Below are positions 38,392 to 47,550 of a DNA stretch of 64,000 bases, piece by piece. How positions within the stretch are numbered: the first letter of the stretch is position 1; each line of letters opens with the position of its first letter. The stretch is taken from NCBI GenBank assembly GCA_044229655.1, contig JBGASM010000007.1:13458-77457 (forward strand), written 5' to 3'. Below the pieces are notes generated by a model, which saw only the letters and a list, made by a program, of their open reading frames with translations, was not told the DNA's origin and searched no databases. Source of the DNA: Phycisphaerales bacterium. GTDB taxonomy: Bacteria; Planctomycetota; Phycisphaerae; Phycisphaerales; UBA5793. The position numbers and the translations under genes were made by a program.

Positions 38392-39498
38392 ATGTCCCCG
38401 CCGCCGACGCCATCCTCTTCTTCCTCCGGCAGCCTGATGCGCTGCCTCGGCTCCAACGCGCTCTTCTTCGTCCTCACTCTCGCCTGCGCCACCGCGCTCA
38501 ATTACTTCATCAAGGACGACATTCAGACCGGCTACGCCAACAAACTCTTCACCGACTTCGGCATCAACGTCATCCTCGCCGTTTCCCTCACCATGGTGAA
38601 CGGGTTCACCGGCCAGTTCTCCATGGGCCACGCAGGCTTTATGGCCGTCGGCGGCTACGTCTCTGCGGCCCTCACCTACTACCTCTCCTATCGCTTCTGG
38701 GGGGCCTTCGGCGTCCACCCGGGTGTCGGCGGCCAGACCCTCTTCTTCGCAGCCTGCCTCGCCGGCGGCCTTGCCGGCGCTCTCCTCGGTTACCTCGTCG
38801 GCCTCCCGTCGCTGCGCCTGCGCGGCGACTACCTCGCCATCGTCACCCTCGGCTTTGGGGAAATCGTCCGCGTCTTCCTCCAGCGCTCCGGCGATGTGCT
38901 CTACGACCCCGCCGACCTCGCCGACACTCCGCTCCTCAAGCAGTTCACCCACCTCGGCGGCGCGCTCGGGTTCACCGGCATCCCCACCTACACCACCCTC
39001 TTCTCCACCATCCTCTTTGTCGGCCTCATGCTCTTTGTCGCCCTCCGCCTCAAGTACTCTTCCTTCGGCCGCGCCTTCATTTCCATCCGCGAGGATGAAA
39101 TCGCCGCCGAAGCCATGGGCATCAACGTCGCCAAGTACAAGGTTCGCGCCTTCGTCATCTCCTCCTTCTTCGCCGGTGTCGCCGGCGCCCTCTTCGCCCA
39201 CAAGATCGGCCTCAACCCCCGCGAACTCGGCTTCCAGAAGTCCTTCGACGTCATCATCATGGTCGTCCTCGGCGGCATGGGCTCCATCTCCGGCGCAGTC
39301 TTCGCCGCCGGCATCCTCACCTACCTCCCCGAGAAACTTCGCGCCTTTGAAGACTACCGCATGATCATTTATGCAGCCAGCCTGATCCTCATTATGCTGG
39401 TTCGCCCCCAGGGTCTCTTTGGCATTCACGAGATCTGGGAACTTTCCCCCGTCCGCCGCTTCTTCTCTCGAAAATCCGCCGCCGGAGGTGCGTCATGA
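38392..39498 (+). CDS. livM: branched-chain amino acid ABC transporter permease LivM
   Basis: NGFTGQFSMGHAGFMAVGGY, LRLRGDYLAIVTLGFGEI and a polytopic profile. The start may be the ATG at 38437. Confidence 0.9.
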   Translation: MSPPPTPSSSSSGSLMRCLGSNALFFVLTLACATALNYFIKDDIQTGYANKLFTDFGINVILAVSLTMVNGFTGQFSMGHAGFMAVGGYVSAALTYYLSYRFWGAFGVHPGVGGQTLFFAACLAGGLAGALLGYLVGLPSLRLRGDYLAIVTLGFGEIVRVFLQRSGDVLYDPADLADTPLLKQFTHLGGALGFTGIPTYTTLFSTILFVGLMLFVALRLKYSSFGRAFISIREDEIAAEAMGINVAKYKVRAFVISSFFAGVAGALFAHKIGLNPRELGFQKSFDVIIMVVLGGMGSISGAVFAAGILTYLPEKLRAFEDYRMIIYAASLILIMLVRPQGLFGIHEIWELSPVRRFFSRKSAAGGAS

Positions 39499-40292
39499 CC
39501 TCCGCGCCCGCCCGCCCCTCAGTTCTCACCGCCTCCCGCGTCTCCCTGTCTTTCGGCGGCCTCAAAGCAGTCTCCTCATTCGCCATCGACCTGCGCGACG
39601 GCGACCTGCAGGGCCTCATCGGACCCAACGGAGCGGGCAAAACCACCGTCTTCAATCTCCTCACCGGCATCTACCAGCCCGATGAAGGCGAAATTGTCCT
39701 CGCCGGCCGACGCCTCAATGGCCTCAAGACCTACCAGATCACCGCCGCCGGCATCGCCCGCACCTTTCAGAACATCCGCCTCTTCCCCGATCTCTCTGTC
39801 CTCGACAACGTGCGCATTGCCTGCCACCTCCGTGCCCGCCAGACCACCGCCGGCGCGATTCTCCGCTCTCCCTTTCAGCGCGCCGAAGAACGCGCTCAGG
39901 CCGACAAGGCCGTTCGCCTCCTCTCGATTCTCAAACTCTCCGACCGCCTTGACGAGCAGGCCCGCAATCTCCCCTACGGCGACCAGCGCCGCCTCGAAAT
40001 CGCCCGCGCCATCGCCACCGACCCCAAGGTGCTTCTCCTCGATGAGCCCGCTGCCGGTATGAACCCGCAGGAGAAAAAGGACCTCCGCGACCTCATCCGC
40101 TTCGTCCGTGATGAGTTCCGCCTCACCATCCTTCTCATCGAGCACGACATGGGCGTCGTCATGGACATCTGCGAACGCATCACCGTCCTCGACCACGGCG
40201 AGACCATCGCCTGTGGCGTCCCCACCGAAATCCAATCCAATCCCAAGGTGATCGAGGCTTACCTCGGCGCACCCGCGGAGTCCGTCCACTAA
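39495..40292 (+). CDS. livG: branched-chain amino acid ABC transporter ATP-binding protein LivG
   Basis: The start overlaps the livM stop in an ATGA 4-nt overlap. Motifs: GPNGAGKTT, LPYGDQRRLEIARA, LLLDEPAAGMNP, and the C-terminal VIEAYLG. Confidence 0.9.
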   Translation: MTSAPARPSVLTASRVSLSFGGLKAVSSFAIDLRDGDLQGLIGPNGAGKTTVFNLLTGIYQPDEGEIVLAGRRLNGLKTYQITAAGIARTFQNIRLFPDLSVLDNVRIACHLRARQTTAGAILRSPFQRAEERAQADKAVRLLSILKLSDRLDEQARNLPYGDQRRLEIARAIATDPKVLLLDEPAAGMNPQEKKDLRDLIRFVRDEFRLTILLIEHDMGVVMDICERITVLDHGETIACGVPTEIQSNPKVIEAYLGAPAESVH

Positions 40293-40309
40293 CCTCTTCC
40301 TTAACCCCT

Positions 40310-41023
40310 ATGGCCCTGCTGGAGATTGACAACCTCGACGTTCATTACGGAGCGATCCACGCCCTCCGCAACGTATCCCTCCGCGTCGAGGAACGCTCCA
40401 TCGTCACCCTCATCGGCTGCAATGGCGCCGGCAAGAGCACCACGCTTCGCGCTATTTCCGGCCTCATTCGCCCCACCCGCGGCCAGATTCGTTTCGCCGG
40501 CTCCCCCATCCACGGCCGCCCCCCGCACGAAATCCTCCGCCTTGGTCTGGCCCACAGTCCCGAGGGCCGGGGCATCTTCGCCAACCTCTCCGTTGAAGAG
40601 AACCTCGCCATGGGCGCCTACGCCCGCAGCGATCACGCCGAGATCAGGGCCGACCGCGCCCGCGCGCTCGTGCTCTTCCCTCGCCTCGAAGAACGCCTCA
40701 AGCAGCGCGCCGGCACCCTCTCCGGCGGTGAGCAGCAGATGCTCGCCATGGCCCGCGCCCTTTTGGCCCGCCCCAAACTTCTCCTGCTCGACGAGCCCTC
40801 CCTCGGCCTCGCGCCCCAGATCGTCCAGACCATCTTCAAGATCATTCGCGAGATCAACGAAACCGGCACCACCATCCTCCTCGTGGAGCAGAACGCCCAC
40901 ATGGCCCTCCAGACCGCGCATAAGGCCTACGTCATTGAGGTCGGCGAAATCGGGATGGAAGGCAATGCCTCCGACCTCGCGCGCAGTGATGAAGTCCGCA
41001 AGCGCTATCTCGGCGTCGCCTGA
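40310..41023 (+). CDS. livF: branched-chain amino acid ABC transporter ATP-binding protein LivF
   Basis: GCNGAGKSTT, LSGGEQQMLAMARAL, LLLDEPSLGLAP, and the C-terminal VRKRYLG. Confidence 0.9.
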   Translation: MALLEIDNLDVHYGAIHALRNVSLRVEERSIVTLIGCNGAGKSTTLRAISGLIRPTRGQIRFAGSPIHGRPPHEILRLGLAHSPEGRGIFANLSVEENLAMGAYARSDHAEIRADRARALVLFPRLEERLKQRAGTLSGGEQQMLAMARALLARPKLLLLDEPSLGLAPQIVQTIFKIIREINETGTTILLVEQNAHMALQTAHKAYVIEVGEIGMEGNASDLARSDEVRKRYLGVA

Positions 41024-41038
41024 GTTTCACTTTCCCCG

Positions 41039-41632
41039 TTACGCCTGCTTGGCCGCGCGCACCTTGATCTGCCGCCCCGCCACGCTCACGATTTCCACCG
41101 TGCTCCCCGCCGAGATCATTCCGATCTCCGCAAACGCCTCCACATCCTCTCCTTCGATGCGCACCGTGCCCCCGGGCCGCAATTCCGTCAGCGCTGTCCC
41201 CCTCGCTCCCACGAGCGACAGCAGCGCTTCCTCCTCCTGCCTCCGCTCTACCTCTCGCCGCGCCTGATCCTCTTCCCGGTCGCCCTGAGACAGGATCACG
41301 CGTTTCCCCACCGGCGTATGCGGCAGCACCTTCACCCACACCCACAGCATCGTCGGCCCCGCCGCCGCGACGAATCCCGTCGCCGCAAGCCCCGTCAGCG
41401 GATCGTGCGTCCACCCCGCGACCACCCCCGCAATCGCGCACACCAGCGCCCCCAGGCCGATCGTTCCGAACGATGGCACAAACATCTCCAGGATTCCCAG
41501 CGCCACCGCCGCCAGGAGCAGCCCGACGCACCATGCGAACGCGCTCCCTTGCTCCGCCGTGCCGGCCGCCTGCGCCGCCGTGTTCGTCGCATCCTGCGCC
41601 AGTAAGAAAATCCGCTCCATCATCGCCGGCAC
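41039..41632 (-). CDS. NfeD-family membrane protein (short form)
   Basis: Several hydrophobic helices, then the NfeD OB-fold tail GARGTALTELRPGGTVRIEGEDVEAFAEIGMISAGSTVEIVSVAGRQIKVR. Confidence 0.7.
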   Translation of the reverse strand: MPAMMERIFLLAQDATNTAAQAAGTAEQGSAFAWCVGLLLAAVALGILEMFVPSFGTIGLGALVCAIAGVVAGWTHDPLTGLAATGFVAAAGPTMLWVWVKVLPHTPVGKRVILSQGDREEDQARREVERRQEEEALLSLVGARGTALTELRPGGTVRIEGEDVEAFAEIGMISAGSTVEIVSVAGRQIKVRAAKQA

Positions 41633-41639
41633 GCCTCCG

Positions 41640-43415
41640 TCATGTTCCTTCCTCCTCGACCACGATTCTAAGCGGCGAAATTGACGTCACCCGCACCATT
41701 CGGTTGCTCTCAATCGCGCCGCGCCCCGCATTCACCTCGTGGATGTGTCCTTCAAAGTCCGCCTTCCCGACCGGCCGCAGCGGTGTCAGCGACTTTCCAA
41801 TGGCCCCAACCTTCAGGTTCAACTCAGCCCGCTCCATTTCCATCGCGCCCAGCACCGACACCGCCGCCGCGTCAGCCCGGCCGCTTTGCTCTCCCAAACG
41901 TCCCGTATGCACCAGCCGACTCAAGCCCGGAATCGTCCCGAAGTGCCTCACGATCATGAACGCGCACGCCCCCGCGATCCCTCCGCCCACCAGCAGCGTG
42001 TAAATCCCCGTCAGCATCGACCGCACCCCCTCCGGACTCGTAGGCAGCACTCCGCCTCCGGGATCGGGAGCCACAAATGTCCCCACAAACCCGATGGTCA
42101 GCATGAAGAACCCTGCGACCCCCGCCAATCCGAATCCCGGCAGCACGAACATCTCGACGCCTAGCAGCACAATTCCCAGCACGACAAACACAATGTCCCA
42201 CCAGCCCGCCAGCCCCGTCAGGAACGGCGCGCCCAGCAGCAGCACAAGCGCCACCAATCCCACCGCCCCCGGAGCCACCGTTCCTGGCGCCGCCATCTCC
42301 CAGATGAAGCCCACAATGCACAGCACCAGCAGCAGCCCGCGGACAGGTATGCTCGTCAGGAACCGCACCAGGCCTTCCGACCAGGTCGCATTGATGCGCA
42401 CGACCTTCGTCGCCCCGAAATATGCGCGCAGTTCTTCATCGTTGTCGATCTGCGCCTTCGCAATCCCGTAGTCGATTGCCTCCTCGGTGTGCAGCGTGAG
42501 CAGCGTGTTCTTGCCATCTACCGGCTTCACGAGAACGTACTTTCCCTTGTCCGCTCCCGTGATTGGCGCCCGGCTCGGCTCCAATGCCTGCTGCGCCTCG
42601 ACAGCGTCCTTTCGCTCCTCCTCCGTCATTCCCCGCTCGCGTGTGTTGATCCGCTCCCCGAACTCGCCAATCCAAAAAGACCGGACCTGCCTCGGTTGGG
42701 CCAGGTCTGTCCGCCCCGAAATCGTCTCCGGCGGAGCGTCTCCGAACAGCAACTCGTATTCCGAACGATCCACGAAAATCCGATCGCCAGTCTCCTTGTT
42801 CTGCACCAGCCAGACTTCCACCTCGCTGCGCACGAACGCCTGTACCAGGTTCTCGTCATAACCCCGCCGCCGCGCGCTGTCCACGACTTCCGCCAGCAGC
42901 GGACTCTCCATCTTGGCCCGCTCCGTCGGCGCCATGTTCTGCATCGGCAGGATCGGTGCTGCATCTCCCAGCACCGACTGCGGACCCATGACGATCTCCT
43001 TGCACGCCAGCGCCATGTACGTGCCCGCCGAATAGGCCTTGGGCTGCACCCACGCCACCGTCAGCGGTATCGGGCTTTGTCGCAGCATCTCGCACAGGTT
43101 CATCGTCGCCACCACGTCCCCGCCGAACGTGTTCAACTCAATGATGACGGCATCTGCCCCCATCTCCTGCGCCGACTTCAGCCGCCTCTCCAGCGACCAC
43201 ACCGTGACCGTGTCGATCTGCCCCTCGATCGGAATCACCGCGATGGTGTTCGCCTTTCGATACAGCGGCACCGCCTTCGGCCCCGCGGAGGCAGGCTGCT
43301 TCGGCTGTGCTTGGGCTTGTCCCTGCTCCTCCTGGCCCTTCGCCGGACCCGCCAGACACAGGAGCGCAGCCGCCACGATTGCCGCCGCCGTCCGCATCCA
43401 TCCGGCCGATCGCAT
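41640..43415 (-). CDS. NfeD-like membrane-bound ClpP-class serine protease (long form)
   Basis: Signal MRSAGWMRTAAAIVAAALLCLAGPAKG. ClpP/crotonase-like block IAVIPIEGQIDTVTVWSLERRLKSAQEMGADAVIIELNTFGGDV...AYSAGTYMALAC. Four or five TM helices. C-terminal OB tail GAIGKSLTPLRPVGKADFEGHIHEVNAGRGAIESNRMVRV. The track ORF extends to 43583, so the start is uncertain. Confidence 0.75.
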   Translation of the reverse strand: MRSAGWMRTAAAIVAAALLCLAGPAKGQEEQGQAQAQPKQPASAGPKAVPLYRKANTIAVIPIEGQIDTVTVWSLERRLKSAQEMGADAVIIELNTFGGDVVATMNLCEMLRQSPIPLTVAWVQPKAYSAGTYMALACKEIVMGPQSVLGDAAPILPMQNMAPTERAKMESPLLAEVVDSARRRGYDENLVQAFVRSEVEVWLVQNKETGDRIFVDRSEYELLFGDAPPETISGRTDLAQPRQVRSFWIGEFGERINTRERGMTEEERKDAVEAQQALEPSRAPITGADKGKYVLVKPVDGKNTLLTLHTEEAIDYGIAKAQIDNDEELRAYFGATKVVRINATWSEGLVRFLTSIPVRGLLLVLCIVGFIWEMAAPGTVAPGAVGLVALVLLLGAPFLTGLAGWWDIVFVVLGIVLLGVEMFVLPGFGLAGVAGFFMLTIGFVGTFVAPDPGGGVLPTSPEGVRSMLTGIYTLLVGGGIAGACAFMIVRHFGTIPGLSRLVHTGRLGEQSGRADAAAVSVLGAMEMERAELNLKVGAIGKSLTPLRPVGKADFEGHIHEVNAGRGAIESNRMVRVTSISPLRIVVEEEGT

Positions 43416-43565
43416 CACGCTCCGCCTCCTTGCCCCTGTTGAATTCGTCACTGGCGCCGTCATTTCCGCAGATTCTAGTGATCTCCTTTCCGCTCGCTTG
43501 CCCCGCCTCGGCATTGCTTCTCCTCCTCCCTCGCGGTACATTTCGCTTTCCCGCGCGATACCCCC

Positions 43566-45392
43566 ATGCTCCGCGAACTCCACATCCGCAATCTGGCTCT
43601 GATTGAGGAACTCCGCGTCGAGTTATCGCCCGGACTCAATGTATTCACCGGCCAAACCGGCGCTGGCAAATCTCTCGTTCTCGGCGCCTTCGAACTCCTC
43701 CTGGGCAAACGCGCCAGCGCTGACATGCTCCGCCCCGGCGCTGCCGAGGGCCGGGTCACCGGCATCTTTGACGTTGGAACCCCCTCGCTCCGATCCTCGC
43801 TCCTCGCCGCCTCCGATCTCGATCCCTCTGCCTGGCCCGACGGCGAAGGCCTTCTCCTTCAGCGTCGCATCGCCGACACCGGCCGTTCCTCCGCCGCCAT
43901 CGCCGGCCAGCCCGTCACTCTTGACACCCTTCGCCGCGTCGGCGATCTGCTCATCGACATGCATACCGCCGACGATGCCCCTGCCTCCGCAGCCTCCGGC
44001 AGCGCGGATTCCCAGCGCCTCCTGCGCCCCGCCCATCAACTCGATCTGCTCGACCAGTTCGCCGCCCTTCTTCCGTTGCGCGACCGCTGCCTCTCAGCCT
44101 TCGCCGATTGGCGCACCCTGGTCTCGCAGCGCGATGCAATCCTGCGCGGCAGCGCGCTGCGCTCCGAGCAACTCGATCTCTATCGCTTCCAAATCGCCGA
44201 AATCGACGCTGTCGCGCCCACCGAAGGCGAGTTCGAGGAACTCTCCGCCCGTTTCCGCATCCTGTCGGCGCTCGAAAAAATCCTCCGTCAGGGGGCCCAC
44301 GTCCAGCGCGCCTTGGAGGACGGCGATGAATCCCCCGTCAGTCGCATCCGCTACGCGCTCGCCCTCCTCCGTGAACTGGCCGAAATCGATCCCGCGCTTG
44401 CCGAGGCCTGCCAACTCACTCAGTCCGCCGGCGATGAACTCTCCGAAGCCCTCTTCACCCTCTCCCGCTATCTCTCTCGTCAGGATCTCAACCCCGCCGA
44501 ACTCGGCGAAGTTACTGACCGCCTGAACGCCCTGAACCGCCTCATCTCAAAGTACGCCGTCAACGGCTCTCTGGCCGATGTCCTCGCCTTCCGTGCCGAC
44601 CTCGCAGCCCGCATTTCCGCCCTTGAGCAGGGCGATGCAGGCGTGCAGGACCTCTCCCTGCGCATCGATGCGGCGTACGCATCCTTCCTTCAATGTGCTC
44701 AGGACCTTCACGCCAAACGCCTCGCCGCCGTGAAGCGACTCAAACCCCTCGTGGAAAGCGAACTCGCCCTGCTCGCGATGCCCCAGGCCTCCTTCGATGT
44801 CGACCTGGCGCCCCTGGCCGACCCTTCCTCCACGGGTTTGGACCGCGTCGAGTTCATGCTCTCCGCCAATCCCGGTTCCCCTCTGCGCCCGCTTCGTCTC
44901 GTTGCTTCCGGCGGCGAACTCTCGCGCGTGATGCTCGCCCTCAAGACCTTGCTGGCCGACGCTCAAGGCGTCAGCGTCCTCATCTTCGATGAGATCGACG
45001 CCAAGATCGGCGGCCGCCTCGGCGATGTCATCGGTTCCAAGCTCCGCGCCCTTGCCCGCAGTCACCAGGTCCTTTGCATCACCCACCTGCCGCAGATCGC
45101 GGCCTACGCCGATGCGCATTTCAAGATCGAAAAGTCCGTCACCCTGGGGCGCACCTCCACCGCGCTTCGCCGCCTCGACGTACGCTCCGATGTGATTCGC
45201 GAACTCGCCGAAATGCTCGCCGGCGCCAAAGTGACCCCCACCGCCCTGGCGCAGGCCTCCGAACTGCTTGATCGGGCCCACGAAGCGCCGCCCCCTCCGA
45301 CGGTCAACTCCCGCCCGCTCGCTCCCGCAGCGCGAAAACCCCGCGCCTCCTCAGCCCGCGCTCGCCGCCCCGCACCCCGACGCTCTCGCTGA
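43566..45392 (+). CDS. recN: DNA repair protein RecN
   Basis: MLRELHIRNLALIEELRVELSPGLNVFTGQTGAGKS. A long coiled-coil middle region. C-terminal ASGGELSRVMLALK and LIFDEIDAKIGG. Confidence 0.92.
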   Translation: MLRELHIRNLALIEELRVELSPGLNVFTGQTGAGKSLVLGAFELLLGKRASADMLRPGAAEGRVTGIFDVGTPSLRSSLLAASDLDPSAWPDGEGLLLQRRIADTGRSSAAIAGQPVTLDTLRRVGDLLIDMHTADDAPASAASGSADSQRLLRPAHQLDLLDQFAALLPLRDRCLSAFADWRTLVSQRDAILRGSALRSEQLDLYRFQIAEIDAVAPTEGEFEELSARFRILSALEKILRQGAHVQRALEDGDESPVSRIRYALALLRELAEIDPALAEACQLTQSAGDELSEALFTLSRYLSRQDLNPAELGEVTDRLNALNRLISKYAVNGSLADVLAFRADLAARISALEQGDAGVQDLSLRIDAAYASFLQCAQDLHAKRLAAVKRLKPLVESELALLAMPQASFDVDLAPLADPSSTGLDRVEFMLSANPGSPLRPLRLVASGGELSRVMLALKTLLADAQGVSVLIFDEIDAKIGGRLGDVIGSKLRALARSHQVLCITHLPQIAAYADAHFKIEKSVTLGRTSTALRRLDVRSDVIRELAEMLAGAKVTPTALAQASELLDRAHEAPPPPTVNSRPLAPAARKPRASSARARRPAPRRSR

Positions 45393-45402
45393 CTGTCTCG
45401 GC

Positions 45403-45804
45403 TCAATCAAACCGCAGCACACCCTTCTTCCATGCATACACGTACGCGATCACGGACGTGATGAGGAAGAACACAATGCGCCCGACGAAAAGGTCCCCGA
45501 CCTCGCCCTGCGCATCAATCTGCCGGAATGTCGCTGCCCACGGGTACAGGAAGATGATTTCCACGTCAAACACGAGAAACGTCATCGCGAGCAGGTAATA
45601 GCGCACGTTGAATCGCTTTCGCGCAGTCTCGATCGGGTTCACCCCGGACTCATACGGGCTCCCCTTGATCGTGCCCTTGCGCCCCGGCCCCAGCAGGTGC
45701 GTCGCGATCAGCGTGACCACGCCGAACGACATCGCCAGCCCCAACATGAGCGCCAGCGGCCAGTACGCGCTCGCCGTCCCTGCCTCCCCGATCACAAACT
45801 GCAT
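45403..45804 (-). CDS. nuoA: NADH-quinone oxidoreductase subunit A
   Basis: YESGVNPIETARKRFNVRYYLLAMTFLVFDVEIIFLYPWA and three TM helices. I chose the ATG at 45804; the ORF extends to 45912. No other nuo gene is adjacent. Confidence 0.85.
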   Translation of the reverse strand: MQFVIGEAGTASAYWPLALMLGLAMSFGVVTLIATHLLGPGRKGTIKGSPYESGVNPIETARKRFNVRYYLLAMTFLVFDVEIIFLYPWAATFRQIDAQGEVGDLFVGRIVFFLITSVIAYVYAWKKGVLRFD

Positions 45805-45923
45805 CGCCACGTCCTTCCGCACTGAAACCGCCTCGCACTTTCTCCGAGAAACCTTGGAAGCACACACGCGTACGTCGCCGCTACTGTAGTGCGCACCGCC
45901 TCCCTTCTCCAAAGGAGAACTCC

Positions 45924-46226
45924 ATGGGTTGTCTGGTCGCCTTGATCGCCTGGTCCGCCCCGCGCGTGGCCATGGTCTTGCTCGCCATCTTTTCCGACTA
46001 TCTCGGGACCGCCTACACCACCACGTTCTGGCCCGTGCTCGGCTTCTTCGTGATGCCCTACACCACCATTGGATACGCCTTCGCCTGGCATCAAGGCAAC
46101 GGATCCATCCAGGGCTTCGGCCTCCTGGTCCTCATTCTCGCCGTCCTCTGCGACCTGGGTTGCTTCGGCGGCGCGGATCGTGAACGCAGACGCCGCCGGC
46201 GTCGTGAGCGGCGCGATCCCGATTGA
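45924..46226 (+). CDS. small hypothetical membrane protein
   Basis: 100 aa, with three hydrophobic helices and an Arg-rich tail (RERRRRRRRERR). I recognise no family. Confidence 0.4.
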   Translation: MGCLVALIAWSAPRVAMVLLAIFSDYLGTAYTTTFWPVLGFFVMPYTTIGYAFAWHQGNGSIQGFGLLVLILAVLCDLGCFGGADRERRRRRRRERRDPD

Positions 46227-46278
46227 CCCCGCTCTACAATCCCGCGCTGACGACCCCTTCACCTCGAAAGGATGCACC

Positions 46279-47157
46279 ATGGCTGCTGCTCGCAAAGTCC
46301 GCAAACTCGTCATCGGCGTCATCGTCATCTTCCTTCTCGCCTTCCTCGCGCTCGGCTTCTTTGTCGATTCCCTCGCCCGCAAAGGCATCGAGGCCGGCGG
46401 GTCGTATGCCCTCGGCGTCCCCACCACCCTCTCCTCCGCAGATGTCGGACTCCTCACCGGGAGTTTCTCCATGTCCGACCTCACCATCGCCAACCCCACC
46501 GGCTTCAAGACCGATCACTTCTTCGCGCTCTCCGATGGTTCCGTCGCCCTCTCCCTGCCCTCCCTCATGAAGGACACCATCGAACTTCCCTCCCTCGAAC
46601 TCTCCGGCCTCGATCTCAACCTCGAGAAAGCCGAGGGCAAGTCCAACTACAAGGTCATCCTCGACAACCTCTCCAAATCAGAGAAGGGATCCGGCTCCTC
46701 CACCTCGACCCAGCCCGCCAAGAAGTTCCTCATCAAGGAAATCGTCCTCAAGGACATCAACGTCCACGCGGATGTGTTGCCCGTCGGCGGCGCCGCCACC
46801 CGCGTCGATGTCCCCATCGCCGAGATTCGCCTCACCAACGTCGGCTCCGATTCATCCAACGCTGCCCTCCTCTCCGATGTGATCGGCCAGATCCTCAAGG
46901 CCACCCTCCAGGCCGCCATCGCCAAGGGTGGTTCGATCCTGCCCGCCGACATCACCGGTGACCTCAACGACGCCCTTCAGCAACTCGCCCCCTTGGGTGA
47001 CATGGGCATCCAGGTCGTCGGCAAGGCCGGCGAAGCCGCCACCGAGATTGGCAAGAACATCGGCAAGGCCGCTGAGGAAATTGGCGACAAGGCCAAGGAC
47101 GCCGTCGAAGACATCGGCAAGGGTGTCACCGACATCTTCAAGAAGAAAGACGACTGA
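46279..47157 (+). CDS. membrane-anchored hypothetical protein (AsmA/DUF748-like N-terminal pattern)
   Basis: The ATG at 46279 gives MAAARKVRKLVIGVIVIFLLAFLALGFF, an N-terminal anchor. Then comes LTIANPTGFKTDHFFAL...LELSGLDLNLE, reminiscent of AsmA-like repeats. The tail is charged and amphipathic, with repeated IGK motifs. The track ORF starts at 46069 and overlaps the previous gene. Confidence 0.4.
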   Translation: MAAARKVRKLVIGVIVIFLLAFLALGFFVDSLARKGIEAGGSYALGVPTTLSSADVGLLTGSFSMSDLTIANPTGFKTDHFFALSDGSVALSLPSLMKDTIELPSLELSGLDLNLEKAEGKSNYKVILDNLSKSEKGSGSSTSTQPAKKFLIKEIVLKDINVHADVLPVGGAATRVDVPIAEIRLTNVGSDSSNAALLSDVIGQILKATLQAAIAKGGSILPADITGDLNDALQQLAPLGDMGIQVVGKAGEAATEIGKNIGKAAEEIGDKAKDAVEDIGKGVTDIFKKKDD

Positions 47158-47550
47158 CATTCGGGCTGGCGCCGTGACTTGCACGCAAGTGCTTCGCGAG
47201 ACAGATTTCCAACCAAAGCGCGTTCTCACTCTTATGATGACGAGTGTGGCTTGGGTCTCGATGCGCGGTTTGGCCGCCGCCCACACCCCTCCTGCACCAT
47301 GTCGTCGCATGTGCTTGCAGCGAATCTCTTCGCGCTCTTGATTGCCGATCAGACTGCCCGTTTTCCAGCCCATTCCCACATCCAACCAGTGGTTGTGTAA
47401 CCACACGGCTGCTGCCGCGATTTCACAGGTCGTCAGATGGTCAGTGAACGCCAGTGCTCACAGTTGCTATGCTCAACTGATCTGCGTGAGTTCCCACGAC
47501 ACCAGGGAATTGACTTTGGCCCGACTCGACAATGACAACACTCGTGACGG

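Noticed and set aside
37569-39429. 509-aa plus-strand Arg/Pro/His-rich ORF (37569-39098) and 467-aa minus-strand ORF (38026-39429) across livH/livM.
   Set aside because: They are out of frame with, or antisense to, well-supported permease genes. Their extreme amino-acid bias (poly-R/P/H or G/E/D/A) is characteristic of non-coding frames in GC-rich genes.
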